NCBI GenBank assembly: GCA_904063045.1
Contig: CAJFCJ010000005.1
Span: forward strand, 1,193,988-1,257,987
Origin: Dimorphilus gyrociliatus
Lineage: Eukaryota; Animalia; Annelida
DNA: 64,000 bases
Reading direction: 5' to 3'
The notes below the pieces were generated by a model, which made no database searches, was not told the origin of the DNA, and worked only from the letters and a program-made list of their open reading frames with translations. The stretch's first letter is position 1. Every line of letters begins with the position of its first letter. Of the stretch, positions 26,028 to 36,348 are shown piece after piece. Made by a program: the position numbers and the translations under genes.

Positions 26028-27691
26028 TTATAAACGAGCGAGAGTCTGCATATGTGTGCGCCGGCGCCTTCGGGATGAACAGTATGAACTGGCTGGGGTT
26101 CCTCTGCAAGATGCCCCTGTGCCAAGACTTCGTAAGTCACACTTACGGAGGGGAGACCTTCGGGCAACAATTGTTGATTCTAGGTCTTCAAAGGCAGGCG
26201 GAGAGGAACGAGTTGCGTTTATCGAAGCGTTGTTAACGCGTTCTGTCAGATCGTAGATTCGAAGTTCGTCTTCGTCGTCTGTTTCAACTATGTCGGTTCT
26301 TCTGAGAGATTTACACCTGTGCCTTATTTCATCAGTGCCGAAACACTTTCGTTTCCTCTGCCGAACTACCGGCTGTCCGCTTACGGACTTCTTAACGGGC
26401 GTAACATTTTCACAACCTTCCGGTTCTCCCCTTTGACTGAGGGGCGGTAGGAAACTAGGAGGATCGAAATCAATTCGAGTACTATTTTGAGGATAAGCGA
26501 GAGTAGAATGTAGAGGATAACTGAAAGTAGAACACATTCTTCCAGTAGCGTCTAAGACTGATTTCTGCTGGCGGTTAGTTTCTGTAGATTGCTTAGATAT
26601 GGCACTAATATTATCAATATTAACACGGAATGTCGTATCCTCATCTTCATCTTCTGTGGCCGTCCAAACGGATGTGTCGTTTATCACTTTCGAACTTTTT
26701 GCCACATTTTGAAGAACTTGACGAGAGAGAGAAACAGGAGACGGAGCGCTTTTCTTCAAACTTGTTTTAATGCCTTTCGACTTCTGAGACTTAGACGATC
26801 GGGGCGTAATATTTTCCTTATTTTCTTTTCCTGAAGTTCGGATTCTCAATGGTGATTTCAATCGCTCTTTCAAGCCCATAGCTGCTCGTCGCACAATCGA
26901 TCCTTTCTTTTCACTTCCTTTCAAAATATCGTTAAGTTGTTCTTTCATATTTGCCACTTGGTTCGACAATTGTTCGCCCTGTTGAACGAGATGAGCCTGA
27001 AAGCGGAATGATACGATGTGTGGGAGGGATTTAAAAAGAGAGAAAGTTGGTAATTAAGCGCGCAAGCAAGCAAAGAAGCTAATGTTTATTCGGCACTTTG
27101 CTTTTCGACTTTGATCGCCGACGATTCTTCTATAAATGTTTAGACAAACTCTTCGTTTCTGATCGCTCTTCGAAAACAGCTTGCTTTTCGGTATAATTTA
27201 CTATAATTCTTCGGCGCCAAACGATAAACTGACGTAATTTTAGTCCATTCCACAATTATTCTGCGCAATTTCACTGCACCTGGACTAGTGACGTAACTGA
27301 CGTACATAGGTAAGATATTTTATATATATATATCTGGTCAGTTAGATAGCGAAAAGTAAAGCTCAATGGTTTTATTATATGACCCTTAAAACAATAAGAA
27401 GACAGGTGCAGGAATTTATATATAAAAGGGTCAAGGTTAAACGAATAGTCGTTCATCTGAATTCCAATCAAACGACGGCCAATTACCGCGTTTTTTCGAT
27501 CTACGATCCGATTGCGACCGAACATAAATCACGTTTATTACTGTATAATTACACGGCTCCTATTCTATATATTTGCTTTTCTCGCCGAAGCAGCTGAGTA
27601 TTTAGCCTATATACATTCATTTAACGAATATATATAAAGAATGTTTATTACAAGGCGGCCGCATAGCTACAAAGATTGTAAAACTTACCAT
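26028..27691 (-). CDS. Orphan protein B, about 323 aa, basic/Ser-rich, N-terminal coiled coil, double KEN box
   Basis: ATG 27691-27689 is followed by a GTAAGT donor. Intron 27688-26997 ends in ctttcag and joins in frame to AHLVQQGEQLSNQVANMKEQL and the 313-codon ORF. Confidence 0.72.
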
Positions 27692-29641
27692 TTTGGAAGA
27701 GAGCTCTTTCTTCTTTCTATTAACACCCGTAGCAGACCTGAAACACAAACGGACCAGATTACGCAAGTATAACGCAATTAGCGGACGGGATGAAAGGTTG
27801 TACTAATTAGGAGAACCGCACGACCCAACGCCTTTCGCAAACAACCTGTATACAGTTTTGCAGCTGTTCGAACGCATATATTACGTAATGTCAGTTAAAT
27901 CGAAACAGTGAAATTTGATTAAGCGTTCGTCATTAGGCTAATCTCCTAAAAATCTCGCTTACAGGTTTTACAGGAGATTAGAAAGTCGTTAGGATGCAAT
28001 TAAACGGTAGACGCCGGTTAAAAATATGATGCAACCAAATGGCGAAACGATGACAAGAGTAAAACAGAAAGTGCAATGAACGTGAAAATGAATTTAGAAC
28101 GCAATTATATAATTGTACAGGATTGCATCTGTTTCAAGTAACATCATCCATTTCGACGAATTCTTTGTATAGATAAAACAATGCCGAATCCTTTTCAAGG
28201 CAAAATCGATTACAGAAATCAGAGTAATATTTGCAGTCTCGTGACTTCTAGGAACACCAGGTGTTTGTTTTTTGTATATTTAACTTTGACAGATGGCAGA
28301 CGTTCGAGGAAATGCAGGTATTTTGACTGCTAAACACACTAAAGCTACCGTGTCCGTAAAAAAGGCACTTTGACGTATTAAAGGCCTAAGTCGATCCGAC
28401 AGCCTGGTCAGAAATTAGACAGTTGAGGAGATTGTATGGAGGCGGCCTCGTTTGAAGTGTGGCAGGCACGTGAACATCCTGAACTCTCACCTTGACAGGT
28501 AAGATTATAGGCCGGGTCTGAGATTCTTACTGGTCTTCCTCTTGTTTAATAACTAATACCCAAATTTGTTTGCACCTGTTCAATTCTATTTTACATCAAA
28601 GAATGTCTTACACTTTCGATGCGAAGCAACAGGCCTTCAGGGCGTCATTCTCTTATACGTTTGGGACGCTACACCTGTATACTTCAGTATGTAATATTCT
28701 TTAATTTCCCAACAACACGTGTCCTGTTCGCACCGGCCGCTGCGTGCCAACTAGACGTCGCGTGCCACGCGTCAGGATTAGGGCGTCTACGGGGCGTCAA
28801 ACTGGGTTAGAACAGTCGTCACTTCATAACTGCAGTTGTTGTCTGCCAATTATCGCATCGAGACCCTCACGTCGGCCCGTGCATAACTTAAATCTTCTCG
28901 CATACGATAACACTTCGTTTAATCTCTAACGCTTCTTGCTTTAGGCCTATAAAATTTATGCGCGCAATCATGACATGGCGTCGGGTCTCTCGGGAGAAAT
29001 ATCGGTGAATCTGGTCAAGTTTGGCGGCTTTGAAGCAGCTATTAGAACGTTTTTTCGTTGCTAGCAGCTGCCGACACGCGCGTACATTTTCGCATTATTT
29101 TTCACCGTAATGCATGCATGTGTAAATTAACCGCTTTTCTTCCACATTGGCTGACATGCAGGTGTACATCGTAACACACATATCTTATATATATAATATC
29201 ATATATATCTATAATATTATTAAATGCACACAGCAAAAATCATTCAAGTTGACAACCTCTTCTACAACGCCCCTGTCGTTATCCGAACATAAGCGCTATG
29301 TGAGGGTGACGTACGGCAATAAGTAATAAAAGAACGCCTTTGGCTAGGGTAGCGCGCAAAATATCGCAAGATTGCACAACAACGACCGTCTTACGAAATT
29401 AATAGTCAAATACTTACTTGTGAGTAGAAAGTGCTTGCATGACGATTCGGACAGTTAAAATGAGGATGCAGGCCGAAGAGGTCGGGCTTTGATGCAGGCA
29501 GTTGAATGAATCCGTTGACCCGCGTCCCTACCGCTTGCTGTTGACAATTTTGGCAGTGGCGTGTACTATGTGCCTTCTATAATAATCGAGTGTCAAGCCG
29601 CTTCGTGACAGCGCCGGTTACTAGCGAGTACAACCGTGTTC

Positions 29642-29697
29642 TGACGTCGTATCGATGGAAGGACTTGACCAATGGGCGGAGCCACGTTCTTATTGGT
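29642..29697 (-). promoter_or_regulatory. Putative promoter of orphan gene B: CRE-like TGACGTC, inverted CCAAT pair and GC box
   Basis: CCAAT 29669-29673, GGGCGG 29674-29679 and ATTGG 29692-29696. A perfect minus-strand donor (GTAAGT at 29417) downstream fits a non-coding first exon. Confidence 0.4.
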
Positions 29698-30744
29698 TGA
29701 TTGTATAGTCGGTAGTTTCGAAATCGCAGCAGAGTGGTCTAACACTCTAATCTATTGTCGAAATGATTTGCGCCTATATACCTTTATACATAAAGTTGGC
29801 TAAAGGCAAAAATAAGACGCGTCACGGTATCTTCTTTCCTCTTACAAAGTTTGCACTACTGTTATCTGACCGTCGCCTTCAGCAAATCGTTGAACTGACA
29901 TTTAAATTTCCCAAACTCATGAGACCTGTTCGCCGGGAGCCAATGAGGAAAAGAGAATGAAAACAAGTCTTTAAGTAATAGTTAATTGTTGACATGTTGT
30001 AAATGACGCTGTAGGTAGGACACGTAATTTGTTAAGAATAGTCTTAGACAAGCCCGCCGGCCTATCGGAAGCATCTTAATCGTATTATCTTCCAAAAGTC
30101 GTACGTTTTACAGCGTCTAAATCGGCGTCCAATAGAGATATACTCTCGGACCGTCTTGACACACAAGTTTGTCTAAACAACATAGGATGGTGCCGAGCTT
30201 ATCTTCTATTTTTATTCAATTACTCTTTCGTAAATTCAGATACACAACAGTCCACACCCCATGACTTTCTCTCTATCTTAGTATCTCTATTATAAGCACT
30301 CGAAAAAGAATATACTATAGCTTCAATAGCGTTTTTGAAGCTGGCTAAAATGTCGGGGCTAGCGTGAGCTATTTAATAACAACGACATACAACACTTTCG
30401 GGGCGTCCAGCGTCTAATCAAGTCAACATGTGGGCCATAGGCTGTGCGTTATTGGGCTATTTAAAAACCTACTATATTACATCACCCTAAAACCGTCCGC
30501 CTACAGCAAAGCGACGCCCATAAGTACTTTTCCCAAAAATTATCCCGGGGAGGCAAATTTCCCTATAAATTACAACCAGTGGCGACATCTTATGGACTAA
30601 CAATTGGCAAAATCATATATTGTTTATTTTTCAAGCACTAAGATAAAACATATAAAGCAGAGTAAACTCACAGAAAAGAAAAGCACAAAAATTAAACCAA
30701 CTGATTCAATCTAAGCGCTATGTAAAAAGCCCTTTGCAAATACA

Positions 30745-32353
30745 TTAATTCGTGATATTTCTTCTACCTCCTATATGCATTCCCTTTTGACTGTCACCAG
30801 CAGTGGATCCATATTGCAAGTTAACCACACCCTTACTTGCTTGATCCATGTCGGATATTTTCATATCAGCAACCCCTCTTGCAGCTCCCATGGCCATTCC
30901 ACTCTGACTCGCGCCTTTGTTAGTTCCCATCTGAAGTCCAATTACTGTCTGTCCCTCCTAATTAATTGTGAATAGTTTAATGAATGGTTAAAGAAATACG
31001 TACATTGTTTAATTAACCATTTACCTTACTCATTTCACCGACTTTACTGTCGGCAATGTGTCTACTTCCGCCGAAATTCATTCCACTTTGACTTGCTCCT
31101 TTATTTGAGCCAGCTTGCAATCCGATGACAGCCTGACCCTCTCTAGACATAGCATTAGAGGAAATATCGCCAGCATGTCTAGTCCCTCCGAAAGACATAC
31201 CAGATTGACTTGCACCCTTATTACTACCAGATTGAAGGCCAATTACTGATTGTCCTTCTCTGGACATTTCACCCGCTGAAATATCAGCCACATGTCTAGT
31301 TCCTCCAATTTTCATGCCTGATTGAGATGCTCCCTTGTTACTTCCTGCTTGTAAGCCTATAACTCCTTGGCCTTCTTTCGACATATCGTCCGCTCGAATA
31401 TCAGCCACATGCCTTGCCCCGCCTATCTTCATGCCTGCTTGAGACGCTCCTTTATTGCTACCCGCTTGTAGCCCAATAACACCTTGACCCTCCTTCGACA
31501 TGTCATCAGCTCGGATATCCGCCACGTGTCTAGCTCCTCCAATTTTCATACCGGCTTGGGAAGCACCTTTGTTAGTACCAGCCTGTAAACCAATGATAGA
31601 TTGACCAGCTCTCAGTTGCTCTTCAGTAAACTCTACGACGTGTTTTTCAGTAGGTTTCGGACCAATTGTAGCTTTAGTGAAGCCATTTCTCTGGCATTCT
31701 GTTCCCAATTGCTGAATGCAGGATAGGACTTGAGCCATATTATGACCCTCATAAAGATCGATGGTTTGGAAAAGGCTGGTATTCGACATTCCGTATTTTT
31801 CACAAAAGGATACAAATTGTTGAATATTCTCCCTTTGCTTAAATGGTGCGGCCATTGTGTTAGGCTTTAGACGCAACTTTTTAGCAGCGGGTGGTGGGTT
31901 TGGCGTGTGTTCTTGTATGAATAAAGCCAATCTGTTGTTTTAAGGAAACATTTCTCTGATAAAAGTATACTAGAAAAAATAAATCAAAGTACCCACTTCA
32001 CAAGATGAACTCCACTTCTCAACTCCTTTTCAACATTTCTCATTCCTGGTGCTATTTCAATGTCCAATAGAGTCTTAAACCACCCAATGACTTCTGCCTC
32101 CATACTTGAATCATAGCGAGCTGCTAGCTAGATATAGAAAAGGCGAAATTTACACAGAAGCCGGGAGGCTCTGCTTATCTAATTTTTACAGACTCGGCAG
32201 ATGTATCTTTTAAAACGCTTGCCCTACTTTAATTAGTTGAAAACTTTCTTTATTCAACAAGAGTTACTCAGGTTATTACACGATTTTATTTTACTTTTTG
32301 GTACTAACCTTTCCAGCAATAGCTCTTTGATCTCCTGCAAGCTCAGTTGGCAT
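30745..32353 (-). CDS. Calponin/myophilin-like protein: CH domain plus seven calponin (CLIK) repeats
   Basis: CH motifs FKQRENIQQFVSFCEKYG and LFQTIDLYEG, plus GPK. Repeats of IGLQAGxNKGASQxGM occur at a 39-aa (117-nt) period. First exon 32353-32309 encodes MPTELAGDQRAIAGK. Confidence 0.92.
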
Positions 32354-32795
32354 TCTTCCTGGTATGTATTCACTGAACGCTCTGCAAACTCAGAAGGCAA
32401 GAAACAGTGATTCACCGTACTAAATATACACTAGACCATACAGCGACATCTACATATACTATAAACATTCCATTCGTCCGAGCAAGCATCTAAAGTTTGC
32501 AGTTTTCGAGTAGCATTTAGTTCGATTTTGCTCTTAAATCATGGAATTCCATTCGTGAAAATGCACTATCTGAATGTTTAGTTAAGTTGCTTCATACCAA
32601 CTGGTTATATATTCGTTGCTAGAATTTCTAGATATATTAAGTTATATTCAAAATAAAAGTTAAAAGGCCTAGATTGAACGTTTATTGCAGTATATATAAA
32701 TTATTATTAGCTTATTTCATTTAGAGATCAACACGTAAAGCGTTTCATTAAAATGCATTAGCATAACAGCTGAAAGCAGTTTCTGAGCAGAAGAA

Positions 32796-34957
32796 TTAAT
32801 TATGAATATGCGTGTTTACATCTTCATCATCATTCTCATCCTCGTCTATAGCCTCTTCACTACCGCTTTCAGAAGGGGTTTGATCAGTGGGGAATGAATA
32901 AATCAGTCTTTCGCACTCTCTTGTTTTCTTCATATTCATAAAAGTTTTTATCACTGTTTGGCGGTAGGCGGCGCACTGACCAAGAATATGCAAGCAGAAA
33001 ATGCCGTCCGAATCGTAAAGTTCTTGATATAGTTTTTCTTTATCCTCAATTTTTAATGAAAAATTTTCAACAGATTCTACCCAGACAGATATTAAATCAG
33101 ATCCGAATTTGCTACGGAGCTGCTTTGCTAATTTGCGTTGTTTTGTAGCATATTTTATATAAAAGGTTTCAACATTTTGTTGATTGGATAGTGTTAGATC
33201 TGCTGAATCCAGAGTACCTCTACCAGAGTCAATTGTCATACTACAAGTATCTTTGGGTAATTGAAAGTCATCTTCAAAATCCAGTGGCTCCAATACCGGT
33301 AAACCATTGACAAATAATCGAACTAATGAGATAATAACTTCGTTCTCGGAGCATACTTTGTTGAGTTGCTCTTGAACTGCACCTTGAGCCATATTCCCTA
33401 AAACCCACAGAGCCTCTCTTTGAACATTTTTCGGACCATTCAATAAATGATGTAGCACTTTAGGTATCAAATTTGCATCCAAAACTTCCTGAATTTGTTG
33501 AGGTGTGCCTGCCGTCATATTAGACACGCACCAGAGTGCCTCCCTTCTTAAATTATCTGGCACTTGGTCCGATAGTAAGTTAGAAAATTTCTCTATTAAA
33601 CCCGCATCAAGAACGTGCTGTGTTTGTTGATCTGACCCAGTAATTAGATTACCAATTGTTCGTAAAGTGGGAACAATAATCCTTGGTTGATTTCCTGGAC
33701 TTAAATATGGCAACAATATAGGTACTAGACCCATGTCAAGAATATCTTGAATGCTAGTACTGTGCAGGTCAGCAACATAGCTTAATGACCATATAGTATC
33801 CAGCATAACTTGGAAATCACTATCACCAAGAAGGAAGTAGATAACAGGTAAGAGTTTCCGAATTCTTTCTTGTGTTAATGCATCAACTGACTTGTTGCGA
33901 ACTAAATTTATGATACACCATGATAAATCTCGCTTTTCACTAAGTGTAGATGCTCTGCATATAACACCCATAAGCATTTCTATAAAGCCTTCCCGTATTA
34001 TAAAGTTTGTTATATTAGGGGATTTATCACCTGTAAAAATATCACTCATAAAAATTTTGCCAGAACTATTTCTATTAAATTTTTACCCATTAAATTTCCT
34101 AAAGTCCATATACATTGATCCCTAACATTTGATTTTGTAGACTTTTTCAGCAGCTCCAATAAAACTGGAACCGCACCTGCCTCAAATACTGCATGCGTTT
34201 GCTCTGGAGAACCAGCAGCTATATTTGTTAAAACCCATGCTGCTTCAAACTGAATTGTCCTGTATATAAAAAGAAACACCTTTAACCCGTGGAACTATAT
34301 GAAATAAACTGCACTAGAGTATATTAATACATCTCAACTATAGTGTGCTTACTATGCAGTTCTAAGAATGAATAATTATATAAGCATTTCTCACGTGTCA
34401 GAGTCGGCCAAGCAGTCAATTATTATGGGAATAGCTCCTGCATTAACGTATTTCTGTATGGGTGGCTCTATTTCGTTAGATAAATCTCGTCTGAAACAGT
34501 TGATTTTTATAATTAAACCAAGTTTTAGCACTACGTGGGTTACTTAATTACCTGATGAACATGATCGCATTGCATCTATCTTTGACGCTGGAGGCATTTT
34601 GAATAATGCGCAGTAATCTTTTTGCAGAAGTATTCTCCTCTTCGTCTTCTGAATCCTCCTCTTTAGCAGTTGATTCCTTCTCATCTTCTTCTATCGTTGG
34701 TGGTGTTTCTGCTACCTCTCTCTAAAATTAGTAGATTATAGGATGTAAAATTAAAAGCAAATATTTACCTCTTTCTCAACTTTGGTATCAACCAATAAAT
34801 GGTTGCGTCTAAAGTCGTACAATTTATTAGCGATATATGTAATAGGATCAGCTGGTCTAGCATCACAAACACCAGCAACTGCTTCAACTAATGCTTCTCC
34901 AACCTCTTCCTTTAAATATGAATTATCAACACTGTCAGTCTCAGATGCCTCGGCCAT
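32796..34957 (-). CDS. Importin-alpha-derived ARM-repeat protein with N-terminal Dpy-30-type domain and C-terminal TIR/SEFIR-like domain, 620 aa, 5 exons
   Basis: Exons 34957-34769, 34721-34552, 34490-34395, 34259-34087 and 34030-32796 are all GT-AG, in frame and total 1863 nt. Importin-alpha motifs: [42 protein letters not shown]. No IBB domain. Confidence 0.8.
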
Positions 34958-35766
34958 TCTGTAGGTTTTATAAATTTCCAATATTATTTGCGATAAAAGA
35001 TATTCAATACAGTCATTACGTTAGTGATTCATAATTGATCTTGTTTCGTCATTTAATGTTTGGAATTAATATTGTTAGATTAGACCAAACAAAGTAGAGT
35101 TTCTTATTGAATGTAATGAAACTTCTTCCAACTGTAAATATTGTCTAATTTCTTTTCCAAGGAGCAAATAACCCGGCGTTACTAATGCGGGCGGACACTT
35201 TCATTGTTTACGTTGTCAGGCTTTATAACCTTCACCTTGAAACTATGACTAATAATCAGAACGAAATCCGTATTCAACTTGATATTAGGAATTATAGAGA
35301 AACGATATAAAATCAAAAAGTCTCGATATTTAGCATATCGTGCTTGTTTTAAAACCAAAATATCTCGAATCAATAATTCGCTTTCCAAAGGCTGACATTT
35401 AAGACGATTAAGTAAACTAATTTTTCATTGATTTGAGAAAACGAAAAGTGTTCCTCAGTACATCATCCACAGTAACTGCTGTGGCGCGATTTTAATGTTG
35501 CTTGTGGATTTGCTTCCTGCCAATGTTTAATTTCTACCACAAAAATAAATATTTTTTCTGGATAATTAGAGAAAGAGAAAGAGAAAGAAGGGGGAAGTTT
35601 ATAGACTCTAAAAATATTATTTTAATTGCTATGAAGGAAACGAGAACATTAAAATCAATAGCCGCGAGATGGCGACCCTATCACCAAAAGCGTTTGAATA
35701 ATCTACATGCTTGAAGGCCGCTGAAAGGAAATAATACTGTTTAAAGAATATTAATATGTTAGAATC

Positions 35767-36348
35767 ATGACAGTTCGACATCCAACCTTAGCTTTTCCAG
35801 CCGATTTGACGGGTGTATGCGCATCATTGAACGACACTTTAGGATGTTGCAGAATTTGCAGCTGGTCTTCGAAAGATATGGACTTAATGTGCTCGTCCCC
35901 TCTTAATAGGCCCGTCAGGTGTGCTGACGAGGAGAGTGTATATCCGTCCTTTATTATTAGAATATGGTCTCGATCTTCCAGAAGATATCTAAGTGTGCTA
36001 AATCCTGGAGCATTGGTTTATGGTCGGAATCCATTTGGTGAATCCGGACAATTTCGAATCATTGTATTAAGGGAAGATATTGTCATACTACAGAGTACCG
36101 CCTGTTCAGACAACCATTTAGCTATAAGAAGTGGCCTTATTGTTGGAAATGGGGAAGGGGGAGAAGATTGTGAATGGTTCTTACGACAAAATGAGAATGG
36201 GTCTTGCTCTTTCGAAAATGTTATGTTTCCTGGATGCTTTTTGGGGGTTCGAAAAAATGGAAACGTGATTAATTTAGCGATAAATGTTGAAAAAGACTCT
36301 TTAGAAGCTAGCTTTGTTATACAGTTAGCTGCAATGGTTGTGCAGTGA
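35767..36348 (+). CDS. Leaderless beta-trefoil protein (IL-1/FGF/fascin-like superfamily), intronless, 193 aa
   Basis: Three-fold pattern IRIWSRSSRRYLSV / VILQSTACSDNHLAI / SFENVMFPGCFLGV, with GxGGxDCEW and GQF turns. No hydrophobic signal peptide. Confidence 0.6.
   Translation: MTVRHPTLAFPADLTGVCASLNDTLGCCRICSWSSKDMDLMCSSPLNRPVRCADEESVYPSFIIRIWSRSSRRYLSVLNPGALVYGRNPFGESGQFRIIVLREDIVILQSTACSDNHLAIRSGLIVGNGEGGEDCEWFLRQNENGSCSFENVMFPGCFLGVRKNGNVINLAINVEKDSLEASFVIQLAAMVVQ

Noticed and set aside
29731-29748. AGAGTGGTCTAA resembling a tRNA D-arm/A-box
   Set aside because: It is only a 6-bp local hairpin, with no T-arm/B-box or cloverleaf.
31013-31600. Regularly spaced 117-nt repeats (array-like)
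   Set aside because: These are protein-coding calponin repeats, not a CRISPR array or satellite.
32559-32572. 14-nt match to miR-277 (AAATGCACTATCTG)
   Set aside because: The 5' nucleotide and 3' end differ, and there is no complementary arm forming a pre-miRNA hairpin.
13235-36348. A single immune gene cluster (RTK, two TNFs, ARM-TIR, beta-trefoil)
   Set aside because: The genes are interleaved with calponin and the orphans in a genome where unrelated genes are routinely adjacent; there is no sequence evidence for a coherent cluster beyond the local pairs reported.
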